Positions 1 through 14,358 of a DNA stretch of 63,560 bases are shown one piece after another. Origin of the DNA: Paraspadella gotoi (taxonomy: Eukaryota; Animalia; Chaetognatha). Below the pieces are notes generated by a model. That model saw only the letters and a program-made list of their open reading frames with translations. It was not told the DNA's origin and ran no database searches. Position 1 is the stretch's first letter. Each line of letters starts with the position of its first letter. Position numbers and translations under genes: made by a program. The stretch lies in contig CM119263.1 in NCBI GenBank assembly GCA_051294375.1, positions 3,041,573 through 3,105,132 on the forward strand. Reading direction: 5' to 3'.

Positions 1-2794
1 CTGGTCAAAAGTTGATCAAGCTGGTCGACGAGAGATTGGCCGGTATAATCTAAGATCACCTGGTTGACGGCGCAATTGATCAACGCTGTTGCGATGACAT
101 ATTTGGGCCGGTTCGACCTCAATTAGCTGGTTTCACAGTTGATCAGCAAGATCGAGCGATAGATGTGGCCCGTGGCAAGCAGGCTGAAGTGGATCGACTG
201 TCGATCTTAAAGCCGGCGACGGCCTTGAATATTTTTTTTTTCTCTCGAAATATACTTTGGAATAAATCAATTAGGCCTTTTAAAAATTTTACTACCGTAA
301 CTATAAGTCGTTTACAGTGAATATTAATGTTTGTTTACGCGTGGTAGTAAATTTTAATTCAGTTTTGTTGTAATCTAGTTGCTTAGCAATAACTTTTTTA
401 AAAGCGAGATTATTGTCAAATTATTTTCTAGAATAAAAAATACATGGAAGATCGTCGACTGTGTCAATTTTAAAACTTTTTTAATTAATATTTATTATAT
501 GATATTATATACTTTTTAATTTAATAAATTATGCAGATGATATTTTTTTTTTAACATTTAAAAATACGTTTTAACGCGGCAGGTAAATGGCGTAAAAACT
601 GTATTCATTGGCAAGCATCGAATTTAATTTGATCTTTTTGTCTTTTATTTCGCTTAAATTTTTTAAAAAGTTTTCCTTTACGTCGTTGATCGTTTAACTC
701 TTTGCCGCTTTCATCGTCAGCGCGCTTTTTAAACTGTTATAACGCGGCGTGTAGCCGTGTTTGATTTCGGTAAACGACGACGACGACGACGACTGATCGT
801 AATGACGCGCTTTCGGTACGTCAGTGCACGAACCCCGGCCTTCTCACCGACGTGTTCTTGTCCGCATGCCGCCTCATGGGTGGGCTGCTTCCTTTGTCCG
901 TGTCCTTCAGGCCTATTTGCTTAATATTCGCGTCTTTGCTTTTGTTGGCTTGGTTTTTTTTTTTCCTTGCGTCGTACGTACCGCCAGCAACAAATTTATT
1001 CGCACGATCAAAAATACGCACGCGGCTGCTTGAATCCGTCCACTATTTTCTTTTCTTTTAAAATCACAAAGAACTCGAAACGTGGAGTGAGATTTTTCAT
1101 CATTTAAGCGTGATTTTGGCTTCTTATTGTGGATCCAAAATGCTTTTCTCATACAATATTTTTATGTCGGCTTTTTCTTCGTCGACTTTACTCTCTCCTC
1201 TTCTATCTCTCTTTCTTTCTCTCTCTCTCTCTGCTCTCTCTCTCTGCTCTCGTCTCTCTCTCTCTCTTCGCCGCATGCCTCTCATCTCTCTCTCTCTCTG
1301 TCTCTTCTCTCTGTCACAATCGCCGTCGCACCATGCAACGCGCTGCGTTCCAGAATCACTGTCAGCAGCAATCAGCCGAGGGTGGGGGGAAAGGGAAAAA
1401 ATTCGGAAATCTCTAATCTGTGATCCACTATCTTCATGGGCGCGGAAGCGTCAGCGCCTGCCACGCGGCGTCTTTTCGCACTCAAAAACACGGGGCGGGC
1501 CGCCGCTAGCTCGGACCGCCTGTCAGCCGCCGCCTCGTAAGGGCCACGGCCCACCAACCGCTCGCTACTGTCCGGGTTCGGCGCGCGAACAGTTCACTGG
1601 ATGGGCGAATTGCCTCCACAGAGCCTCAAAAGGGGGCGCGGGGCTTCAATCCGCCGCCTGGCAGGATCCAAGGTGAGTGTTGGGGAGAATTTTCCTTTTA
1701 AATTTTATAAATTAAGAAACTTATTTATTTTTTTAATAAAAAATGCAAATGCATGAAAGTTATTTTGCACATTCCTTGTAATAAAATGTTTGTAATATGT
1801 AAAGTATTATTAGATATTAAAAATTAATCAAAAAAAAAATCGAGAAGAAAAACTAATATCATTGTATAGCTGCATAAGAAATTTACACGTTTTTTTCGAA
1901 AAAAAAGTTGATTGGTTATGAATTGAATGCGAAATAAAAGGATATAATTATATATACTATGATCGCTTTCCCTTATATTTTTTTGCTCTCTTGAATCTTT
2001 TTCCTTAAAACTTTTTCCCGCCATTTCCGGCGATCTACGCGGTAAACTTATGTCGCGTTTTTTATTTTAAAATTTTTATCAAATTTAGGCCAACCATTGC
2101 AACCACTCTGTTCAGTTCCTTTAAGAAGCTCAAACGCAGCTACAAGGTAAATATCCAACCAGAGTATACTTAGGAACGGTTTCAAAATTTGTCAACAAAG
2201 CTGACTGAGTTAGATAGATTTTGCAATGTTAAAAAAAAAGAAAGACGGCCCAAAAAAAAAAGCAAAAAAACTAGTTGCTTCATTTGAGAAATCCCACAAA
2301 AATTACCTTCTTCCTATCGTCGGCCTTCTTTTTTATTTTTCATAGTTATCCCAATTAATTATATAAAATATATTCATCTTGTTTTAGAAATGCTATGCTG
2401 AGAATGCGGAACGCTTTAGGTAGAAAAATTTATTATATTCTCCAGACCCGTTTTTCGGAACTAATGAATAGTTTTGTCTTCGCAGAACCGACGGCGCTGA
2501 CTTCGATTCAGTGTCAACGGCGATTTCTCATATTTTCCTTCAAATTTTTAAAGGAGAAACTTCGCGTTGTGCATTTTTTGTTCTTCCCATTTATATTGGC
2601 AATTCGTTAATTGTCCATCCAGCCTCTTTTCTCTCTCTCGTCTGTCTCCCCTCTCTCGTCCGTCTACTGCCTCTCCTCTCGTTGCCATCTTCCCCGAAAT
2701 GTCAAGCCGCATCCATTAGAGCAACTTTTGTCGCGTTCAAGAAGAACAGACAACCACGCGGTTTCGAAATGATATGTCCGGTCGGCGGTCTAGC
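1..2794 (+). repeat. Apparently identical copy of 4816-7609 (offset 4815), ending at a 25-N gap; probable assembly duplication
   Basis: ORF track repeats exactly at +4815 (821/5636, 1110/5925, 2395/7210). Both copies end in ...ggtctagc followed by exactly 25 N. Confidence 0.9.
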
Positions 2795-3169
2795 NNNNNN
2801 NNNNNNNNNNNNNNNNNNNGCCCACCGTTTGCATGCGCGCGCATCCGTGACACAGACTGGGACAACAGCGCCCTCTCGGAAGCGGTCGCACAACGCGTCT
2901 ACGGACTCCGACGTGGCGGCCATCTTGGCAGCAACGCCAGACGCCTTCGCCAAGGACGATCGTAGCAACCCTTGCAGCATCCACAGCTTCGGCCACGGGA
3001 TGGCGTTCGGCGCCCAGAGCGTCCCCAGCAGCAGCAACAGCATCACGTGCAGCAGCGCTCCGCCGTCGTCTTACACGAGATTGGCCGGTCAGATTCGCGG
3101 CTTTTGTCGGGCTGAGGGGGCAGAGATAAGAGGGCAGAGAAGAGAACAGAGATGAGAGAGCAAAGGGAA

Positions 3170-3240
3170 GAAAGAAAAGAAAAAGAAAGAAAGAAAAGAA
3201 AGGAAAAAAAGAAAGAAAGAAAGAAATAAAATAAATAAAA

Positions 3241-3311
<71 letters not shown>

Positions 3312-3460
3312 ATATATAAATAAATAAATAATAAATAAATAAATAAAGAAAGAAAGAAAGAAAGAAAGAAAGAAAAGAAAGAAAAGAAAGAAAGAAAGAA
3401 GAAAAAAAAGAGAGAGAGAAGAGAGAGTGAGAGAAGTGAGAGGAGAGAGAGAGAGTGGTG
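3170..3460. repeat. Compound (AAAG)n/(AAAT)n/(GA)n microsatellite
   Basis: Seen directly. Confidence 0.95.
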
Positions 3461-4040
3461 ATAGATTATTGATAAGTTGATTTTTATTTTGGTCATAACG
3501 GTCAAACTAAGTGATTTCAAAAGATGATATGATAACTTATTTTATTATAGAATAGTTTTAATGCTTTAACGATAAGCTCAGGTAAAAAAAAAAAAAGGTA
3601 ATGCTGCTTTTTCGATGGAATTGTCCGCTCAGCGGCAAGGACGAGTCTCGTTATTGTCTTTTTCTGCTCGTCCCATTATTGGAAGAGTCGATAAAATGAT
3701 ACTTTAATTTTTTAATTTTTTTTGGTTAAAGTTATAAAGGACTTGAAAGCTCCTATTCAGCGTATTTTTTTTTCCTTCGGGGCATCTCCTATTAAGATTG
3801 TTTTCTATCTACTTTTTATTATAGTTTTTTAAGGAAAAAGAAAGCATAACTAAATACATAATACACTTCGAGTCCGATAACGCATCCAGGCAAATAAAAA
3901 ATATTTTACACGACTTGCATTGAAAAATCAGTAATGTGAATTTGAAAAATGCACGCAGGCAATCGACAGTAACATGCGGACGGTTTGAAAACGAAAGAGA
4001 GAGAAGAGGAGAGGAAGAGGAGAGGAGAGATGAGAGAGAT

Positions 4041-4072
<32 letters not shown>

Positions 4073-4815
4073 AGAAAGAGGCGTCAGTATCGCGACGGAA
4101 GTGGAAATTCAATAGTCCATAGCGGAGAGTGCGATTTTTTAAAGAAAATGAACAACTGGAAATTGGAAAAAGTAAAATCAAAAAAATATTCATATAACAA
4201 GAATCAAAAGAGCTTAAAAATCTGCTGTAGTATTTCAATTCAATGTGGATGAAAAAATATGAAAAAGAACGGTGAGTGTAGTAAACACATAGAGAGAAGA
4301 GAGAGAGAGGAGAGAGAGCAGAGAGAGAGAGAGGAGAGAGAGAGAGAGACAGCTGCACCACCTGAACGCGAAAAAGAGCCACGAAATCTGACCGCGCGCA
4401 CCGTCTTTTTTCTCGGCGTTCGTTCCCCCACAAGGGCCTTGCGCTTCGTGGCCAGCAGAGGTGTTTTGAAGCGAGGCCTTCGACGGCCCGCGGCGAGGCG
4501 GAAGGATGGTGGACGGGGACGGCGGGTGGATTGGAAAGGGCGTGGCTGTTTGGTGAGCGGGCGTCAAACATCGCGTGGTGTCCCGTCATCCTCGATGGCG
4601 CGAAAGTCCAAAGGCCTCTCAGCAAGACCGTGGACCACGAGGATCGTTCTCAAGACTCAAATGCACATGTGCGCCTCAACCTCAAATCGCGCTGTCCTCA
4701 ATCAGGGTGAGCGCCTGATGAAATCGGGCTCGGTGGCGGGTCAGACCTGTATAATCGGTGAGTCGATGTGCCCCTCAGCACTCGCTGTGTTATCGGTTGG
4801 TCGACCATCGATTCG

Positions 4816-7609
4816 CTGGTCAAAAGTTGATCAAGCTGGTCGACGAGAGATTGGCCGGTATAATCTAAGATCACCTGGTTGACGGCGCAATTGATCAACG
4901 CTGTTGCGATGACATATTTGGGCCGGTTCGACCTCAATTAGCTGGTTTCACAGTTGATCAGCAAGATCGAGCGATAGATGTGGCCCGTGGCAAGCAGGCT
5001 GAAGTGGATCGACTGTCGATCTTAAAGCCGGCGACGGCCTTGAATATTTTTTTTTTCTCTCGAAATATACTTTGGAATAAATCAATTAGGCCTTTTAAAA
5101 ATTTTACTACCGTAACTATAAGTCGTTTACAGTGAATATTAATGTTTGTTTACGCGTGGTAGTAAATTTTAATTCAGTTTTGTTGTAATCTAGTTGCTTA
5201 GCAATAACTTTTTTAAAAGCGAGATTATTGTCAAATTATTTTCTAGAATAAAAAATACATGGAAGATCGTCGACTGTGTCAATTTTAAAACTTTTTTAAT
5301 TAATATTTATTATATGATATTATATACTTTTTAATTTAATAAATTATGCAGATGATATTTTTTTTTTAACATTTAAAAATACGTTTTAACGCGGCAGGTA
5401 AATGGCGTAAAAACTGTATTCATTGGCAAGCATCGAATTTAATTTGATCTTTTTGTCTTTTATTTCGCTTAAATTTTTTAAAAAGTTTTCCTTTACGTCG
5501 TTGATCGTTTAACTCTTTGCCGCTTTCATCGTCAGCGCGCTTTTTAAACTGTTATAACGCGGCGTGTAGCCGTGTTTGATTTCGGTAAACGACGACGACG
5601 ACGACGACTGATCGTAATGACGCGCTTTCGGTACGTCAGTGCACGAACCCCGGCCTTCTCACCGACGTGTTCTTGTCCGCATGCCGCCTCATGGGTGGGC
5701 TGCTTCCTTTGTCCGTGTCCTTCAGGCCTATTTGCTTAATATTCGCGTCTTTGCTTTTGTTGGCTTGGTTTTTTTTTTTCCTTGCGTCGTACGTACCGCC
5801 AGCAACAAATTTATTCGCACGATCAAAAATACGCACGCGGCTGCTTGAATCCGTCCACTATTTTCTTTTCTTTTAAAATCACAAAGAACTCGAAACGTGG
5901 AGTGAGATTTTTCATCATTTAAGCGTGATTTTGGCTTCTTATTGTGGATCCAAAATGCTTTTCTCATACAATATTTTTATGTCGGCTTTTTCTTCGTCGA
6001 CTTTACTCTCTCCTCTTCTATCTCTCTTTCTTTCTCTCTCTCTCTCTGCTCTCTCTCTCTGCTCTCGTCTCTCTCTCTCTCTTCGCCGCATGCCTCTCAT
6101 CTCTCTCTCTCTCTGTCTCTTCTCTCTGTCACAATCGCCGTCGCACCATGCAACGCGCTGCGTTCCAGAATCACTGTCAGCAGCAATCAGCCGAGGGTGG
6201 GGGGAAAGGGAAAAAATTCGGAAATCTCTAATCTGTGATCCACTATCTTCATGGGCGCGGAAGCGTCAGCGCCTGCCACGCGGCGTCTTTTCGCACTCAA
6301 AAACACGGGGCGGGCCGCCGCTAGCTCGGACCGCCTGTCAGCCGCCGCCTCGTAAGGGCCACGGCCCACCAACCGCTCGCTACTGTCCGGGTTCGGCGCG
6401 CGAACAGTTCACTGGATGGGCGAATTGCCTCCACAGAGCCTCAAAAGGGGGCGCGGGGCTTCAATCCGCCGCCTGGCAGGATCCAAGGTGAGTGTTGGGG
6501 AGAATTTTCCTTTTAAATTTTATAAATTAAGAAACTTATTTATTTTTTTAATAAAAAATGCAAATGCATGAAAGTTATTTTGCACATTCCTTGTAATAAA
6601 ATGTTTGTAATATGTAAAGTATTATTAGATATTAAAAATTAATCAAAAAAAAAATCGAGAAGAAAAACTAATATCATTGTATAGCTGCATAAGAAATTTA
6701 CACGTTTTTTTCGAAAAAAAAGTTGATTGGTTATGAATTGAATGCGAAATAAAAGGATATAATTATATATACTATGATCGCTTTCCCTTATATTTTTTTG
6801 CTCTCTTGAATCTTTTTCCTTAAAACTTTTTCCCGCCATTTCCGGCGATCTACGCGGTAAACTTATGTCGCGTTTTTTATTTTAAAATTTTTATCAAATT
6901 TAGGCCAACCATTGCAACCACTCTGTTCAGTTCCTTTAAGAAGCTCAAACGCAGCTACAAGGTAAATATCCAACCAGAGTATACTTAGGAACGGTTTCAA
7001 AATTTGTCAACAAAGCTGACTGAGTTAGATAGATTTTGCAATGTTAAAAAAAAAGAAAGACGGCCCAAAAAAAAAAGCAAAAAAACTAGTTGCTTCATTT
7101 GAGAAATCCCACAAAAATTACCTTCTTCCTATCGTCGGCCTTCTTTTTTATTTTTCATAGTTATCCCAATTAATTATATAAAATATATTCATCTTGTTTT
7201 AGAAATGCTATGCTGAGAATGCGGAACGCTTTAGGTAGAAAAATTTATTATATTCTCCAGACCCGTTTTTCGGAACTAATGAATAGTTTTGTCTTCGCAG
7301 AACCGACGGCGCTGACTTCGATTCAGTGTCAACGGCGATTTCTCATATTTTCCTTCAAATTTTTAAAGGAGAAACTTCGCGTTGTGCATTTTTTGTTCTT
7401 CCCATTTATATTGGCAATTCGTTAATTGTCCATCCAGCCTCTTTTCTCTCTCTCGTCTGTCTCCCCTCTCTCGTCCGTCTACTGCCTCTCCTCTCGTTGC
7501 CATCTTCCCCGAAATGTCAAGCCGCATCCATTAGAGCAACTTTTGTCGCGTTCAAGAAGAACAGACAACCACGCGGTTTCGAAATGATATGTCCGGTCGG
7601 CGGTCTAGC
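4816..7609 (+). repeat. Second identical copy of 1-2794
   Basis: Same sequence from ctggtcaaaagttgatc to ggtctagc; 25-N gap at 7610-7634. Confidence 0.9.
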
Positions 7610-7634
7610 NNNNNNNNNNNNNNNNNNNNNNNNN

Positions 7635-10600
7635 GAGAGAGAGAGAGTGGTGATGATTATGATAATTGATTTTATTTTGGTCATACGGTCAACTAAGTGA
7701 TTTCAAAAGATGATATTGATAAATTATTTATTATAATAGTTTAATCTTTTAACGAATAAGCCAGGTAAAAAAAAAAAGGTATGCTGCTTTCGATGGATTG
7801 TCCCTCACGCAAGGACGAGTCTCGTTATTTCCTTTTTCTCCATTATTGAAAGTCGATAAAATATACTTTAATTTTTATTTTTTTGGTTAAAGTTATAAAG
7901 GACTTGAAGGCTCCTATTAGCGTATTTTTTCGCATTCCTATTAAGATTTTCTATCTACTTTTTATTATAGTTTTTTTAAGAGAAAAAGAAACATAACTAA
8001 TACCATAATACACTTCAGTCCGATAACGCATCAGCAAAAAAAAAATATTTTACACGACTTCATTNNNNNNNNNNNNNNNNNNNNNNNNNNNNNNNNNNNN
8101 NNNNNNNNNNNNNNNNNNNNNNNNNNNNNNNNNNNNNNNNNNNNNNNNNNNNNNNNNNNNNNNNNNNNNNNNNNNNNNNNNNNNNNNNNNNNNNNNNNNN
8201 NNNNNNNNNNNNNNNNNNNNNNNNNNNNNNNNNNNNNNNNNNNNNNNNNNCAGTATCGCGACGAAGTGAAATTCATTCCATAGCGGAAGTCGATTTTTAA
8301 AGGAAATGAACAACTGGAAATTGAAAAAAGTAAAATCAAAAAATTCATTAAACAAAATCAAAAGAGCTTAAAATCTGCTTTAGTATTTCAATTCAATGTG
8401 GAAAAAAATATGAAAGAACGGTGAGTGANNNNNNNNNNNNNNNNNNNNNNNNNNNNNNNNNNNNNNNNNNNNNNNNNNNNNNNNNNNNNNNNNNNNNNNN
8501 NNNNNNNNNNNNNNNNNNNNNNNNNNNNNNNNNNNNNNNNNNNNNNNNNNNNNNNNNNNNNNNNNNNNNNNNNNNNNNNNNNNNNNNNNNNNNNNNNNNN
8601 NNNNNNNNNNNNNNNNNNNNNNNNNNNNNNNNNNNNNNNNNNNNNNNNNNNNNNNNNNNNNNNNNNNNNNNNNNNNNNNNNNNNNNNNNNNNNNNNNNNN
8701 NNNNNNNNNNTTCGTTCCACCCACAAGGCCTTCGCTTCGTGGCCGCAGAGTGTTTGAAGCGAGCCTCGACGCCCCCGGCGGAGATGGTGGCGGGNNNNNN
8801 NNNNNNNNNNNNNNNNNNNNNNNNNNNNNNNNNNNNNNNNNNNNNNNNNNNNNNNNNNNNNNNNNNNNNNNNNNNNNNNNNNNNNNNNNNNNNNNNNNNN
8901 NNNNNNNNNNNNNNNNNNNNNNNNNNNNNNNNNNNNNNNNNNNNNNNNNNNNNNNNNNNNNNNNNNNNNNNNNNNNNNNNNNNNNNNNNNNNNNNNNNNN
9001 NNNNNNNNNNNNNNNNNNNNNNNNNNNNNNNNNNNNNNNNNNNNNNNNNNNNGTTGATCAGCTGGTCGACGAGAGATTGGCCGGTATACTCTAGATCACC
9101 TGGTTGACAATTGATCAAGCTGTTCGATGACATATTGGCCGGTCGACCCTCAATTAGCTGGTTCACAGTTGATCAGCAGATCGACGATAGATTGGCCTGG
9201 TCAACAGGCTGAGTGATCGACTGTCGATTTAACCCCGACGGCCTTAATAATTTTTTTTTCTCTCAAATTACTTTGGAATAAATCAATTAGGCCTTTTAAG
9301 AAGTACTACCTAACTATATCGTTTACAGTGAATATTATGTTTGTTTACGTGGTAGAAATTTTAATTCAGTTTTGTTGTATCTAGTTGCTGCATAACTTTT
9401 TTTAAAAAACAGAGATTATGTCAAATTATTTTCTAGAATAAAAATACAGAAATCGTCGACTTTCAATTTTACTTTTTTAATTAATATTTATTATATGATA
9501 TTATATAACTTTTTAATTTATAAATTATGCAATGATATTTTTTTTTAACATTTAAAATACTTTTTAACCCAGTAAATGCGTAAAAACTGTATTCTTGGCA
9601 GCATCGAATTTAATTTGATCTTTTGTCTTTTCATTTCGCTTAAATTTTTAAAATTTCCTTTACGTCGTTGATGTTTAACTCTTCCGCTTTCATCGTCAGC
9701 CGCTTTTTACTGTTTACGCGTCCGTGTTGATTTCGGTAAACGACGACGACGACGACGACTGATCGTACCGCTCGTACGTCATGCACGAAACCCCGCCTTC
9801 TCCCGACCGTGTTCCTTGTCCGCATGCCGCCTCCATGTGCGCTGCCTTCCTTTGTTCTTGTCTCAGCCATTTCCTTATTTCGCTCTTTGCTTTGTTGCTT
9901 GGTTTTTTTTTTCTTGCGTCGTACGTACCGCCAGCACATCCGCACGATCAAAATACGCACGCGCTGCTTGAATCCGTCCACTTTTCTTTTCTTTTAAATC
10001 ACAAAGACTCGAAACTGAGTGAGATTTTTCTCATTTAACGGATTTTGCTTCTTTTGGATCCAAAATCTTTTCTCATAAATATTTTTATCCTTTTTCTTCG
10101 TCGACTTTACTCTCTCTCTCTCTCTCCAAACATAAAGCGGTGTCATTTCGTCTTGGGCTTCAGGTTGGAAGAAACAAAAAAAAGATTCTGAAACTAAAAC
10201 AACGTTGATTATTGCTGAAAGGAATCTCGCCGCCCATTGCGCTCATCACGCAACCGCGCTGCTGATCCGTCCACGTTTTCTTTTCTATTAAATCACAACA
10301 AGATCGAAAATGAGTGAGATTTTTTCTCAATTTAAATCGGTTTTGCTTCTTTTGGTTCCAATTTTTCTCATGATATTTTTTATCTTTTTCTTTCGTCGAC
10401 TTTATCTCTTCGTCTTCTTCTATCTCTTTTTCTCTCTCTTCTCTTCTCTCTCTCTCTCTCTCTCGGTCTCGTCTTCTCTCTCTCTTCTCTCTCTCNNNNN
10501 NNNNNNNNNNNNNNNNNNNNNNNNNNNNNNNNNNNNNNNNNNNNNNNNNNNNNNNNNNNNNNNNNNNNNNNNNNNNNNNNNNNNNNNNNNNNNNNNNNNN

Positions 10601-12090
10601 NNNNNNNNNNNNNNNNNNNNNNNNNNNNNNNNNNNNNNNNNNNNNNNNNNNNNNNNNNNNNNNNNNNNNNNNNNNNNNNNNNNNNNNNNNNNNNNNNNNN
10701 NNNNNNNNNNNNNNNNNNNNNNNNNNNNNNNNNNNNNNNNNNNNNNNNNNNNNNNNNNNNNNNNTCTCTCTCTCTCTCCACATCCCCTCGCACCATGCAA
10801 CCGCTGCGCCAGATTCACTGTCAGCAGCAATCACCGAGTGGATCGGAAATCTCTATCTGTGATCCTTCTTCATTGGGCGCGGAACGTCAGCGCCTCACGC
10901 GGCGTCTTTTCGCCTCAAAACACGGGGCGGCGCCGCTAAGCTCGGACCCTGTCAGCGCCGCCTCTTACAGGGCCACGCCCACCAACCGCTCGCTACTTCC
11001 GGTTCGCGCCAACGTTCACTCGGTGGGCGAATTGCCTCCACAGAGCCTCAAAGGGGGCGCGGGGCTTAATCCGCCCCTCAGATCCAAGGTGAGTGTTGGG
11101 GAGAATTTTCTTTTAAATTTTATAAATTAAGAAACTTATTTATTTTTTAATAAAAATGCACAAATCAATGAAGTTATTTTGCAAACATTCCTTGTATAAT
11201 GTTTGTAATATTAAATATTATTAGATATTAAAAAAATTATCAAAAAAAAAATCGAAAGAAAAACTAATATCATTTATACTCATAAAAATCTTACACGTTT
11301 TTCGAAAAAACTTGATTGGTTATGATTGAATGCAAAATAAAAGGAATATATATATATATATGATCGCTTTCTTATAATTTTTTTTCTCTCTTGAATCTTT
11401 TTCCTTAAAACTTTTCCCGCCATTTCCGCGATCTACGCGGAAACTTTATCCGTTTTTTATTTTAAAATTTTTATCAAATTTAGCCACCATTGCAACCAAC
11501 TCTTTCAGTTCCTTTAAGAGCTCAAACCAGCTACAAGGTATTCCAACCAGAGTAATACTTAGGACGGTTTCAAAATTTGTCAACAAACTGACTGAGTTAA
11601 TAGATTGCATGTTAAAAAAAAAGAAAGACCAAAAAAAAACAAAAAAACTATTTGCTTCATTGAGAAATCCCACAAAAATTACTTCTTCCCTATCTCGCCT
11701 TCTTTTTATTTTTCATGTTATCCCAATATTTATATAAAATATATTCATCTTTTTTTAAAATGCTATGCTAGATCGGAACCTTTGTAAAAAATTATTATAT
11801 TCTCCAGACCCGTTTTTCGGAACTAATGAATAGTTTTGTCTTCCAGAACCGACGGCGCTGACTTCGATTCGTTCACCGATTTCTTTTTCCTTCAAATTTT
11901 TAGGAGAAATCTTCGCTTCATTTTTTGTTTCCATTTATTTGCCAATTCGTTAATCCATCCAGCTCTTTCTCTCTCTCTCTGTCTCCCTCTCTCTCTCGTC
12001 TCCCTCTCTCTCTCCATCTTCCCCGAAATGTCAAGCCCATCCTTAGAGCAACTTTGTCCGTTCAAGAAGACAGACAACCACCGGTTTCGC
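7635..12090 (+). repeat. Third, indel-divergent copy of about 3445-7580, with internal N gaps
   Basis: Colinear with 3445-7580; differences are mostly 1-3 nt indels. Confidence 0.85.
10795..11088 (+). CDS. Candidate coding exon, 98 codons (MQPLRQIHCQQQSPSG...NPPLRSK), product unknown
   Basis: GC-rich island with caccATG start, open frame and a strong donor AAG|GTGAGT at 11088/11089. Frameshifted copies at about 1333-1672 and 6148-6487. Confidence 0.35.
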
Positions 12091-12309
12091 TCCAAAGAAT
12101 AAGACAAACAAGTTATGGGGTACATGACATCATCACGACATTGTTCGACATTGTCACATGACACTGTAGATCGAGTCTCGTCTCTGTCTCTGTCGTATAG
12201 AATGCCCGTTGTTGTTGTCGTTGTTTTTCTGCTCGGATGTGAAGTTATTTAGGCTTAAAAAAAGTCACGCGATCCGAATGAAAAATGAAGCACTAACACT
12301 TTTTAACTA

Positions 12310-12856
<547 letters not shown>

Positions 12857-14358
12857 AATAAAATTGACTTGCCGCACCGTGGTGAAAGGTCCAAACAAAA
12901 ATCTTTTTTCCCTGCTCTGGTCTGCGAGACGAATTGAATCAGTGGAAAATATGCATGATACAATCTCAACCGCCCTCCATCACCCACCACCTGAACCCTC
13001 CACCAACACTGACCACCTCAACCCCCACCATTACCCCCCTACTGAACCCCGATCGCCCCCGTGGCTCTCGTCATCATAATCGATAGAAACGCGGAGAGAA
13101 TTTTCTTTCTCAAGAGTCGCTAGGGTGGAGTGAAAAAAAAAAGCAGATAAAATAAAAATAACTAAACTTAATTTAAATCTAAAAATTAATTATAAAATAT
13201 AGTTATTAATTACAAAATATAAAATAATAAAATATAAAAATAAGATTATATCTTAAAATCTAATTTTTTAGACTTTTTTAAAAAAAATTTATGAATAAAA
13301 AAAAATGTCTTCACTCCATAATACTTAAAGTCTGCATCATAGATCATATATGTTGCTCCGTCTTAAGTTTATATGAACCCCAACAACCCGAAGGTGACCT
13401 GAACAAATCGTTCGTCGCGTTTTCTTGACATTGAGACAATTACTCACCCTATTGGAGATCATACATTATTCACCTTCCGGAAATCATGCATTATTCACCC
13501 TTTGGCGACCGTTGTACTCACTTCCCGATTGCATGGAGCTCGGATCGAGTCTTTCACATGTAGTCTCAAGTCTTTCACTTCATTCTATTCAATTACAATT
13601 TCACTTTTCGTTTGTTTTTTTTTTAGAAACTGAGGCCCGTGAATTCATTAACTCATTCTATTTATTCATGCTTTGGTAATTTAACACCATTAAATTAATT
13701 TAAATTAAATTAATTACTATTAATTATTCCTAATTAGTTTCAGTTAAGGACGTCGAACCACAAACTGTTAAGGACGTCGAACCACAAACTGTTTTATTAG
13801 GATTCAACCCAATTTGGAAATAAAGTAACATGGATTTTATAAATTTTACCAAAATTATTCAGTCGAACTCTCGGGCCTCAAAAATCTTTGCCCCCACACG
13901 TTGATATTATTTTAGACATTTATACATAGTGACTTTCAATGGATATTAATTTTTGAAGATTCCATTCTCTAATATTATTACGTTCGGTAAATTCGTCAAA
14001 TAATTTGATTTTATTTAAGAAGAGCAAAGTCGCACATTTTCTCACAATTTATCCCCCAAAACATCTCGTACATTTTACAATTTTCATTTTCCCTCTAATT
14101 TTTATTTTTACCTTTCAACATTTCCCCACCCATTGTTTACTTAATTTGACCCTTCTGCTCTTATGACCTAGTCCTATTTTTTTTACCCCACTTTTTCCTA
14201 CATCTTACTTGTCTCTCTTTCCTCACATTCACTCACTCACTCACTTTCTAATTAAATCCTCAACACGATTTTAACTTTTTTGACCAACTTATTTAATCGT
14301 TCCCCCTTTTTTTTCATGCTCCCCACCCCCGACNNNNNNNNNNNNNNNNNNNNNNNNN

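Noticed and set aside
10250-10420. Local duplicate of about 9955-10115
   Set aside because: Noisy re-read next to an N gap; likely artefact.
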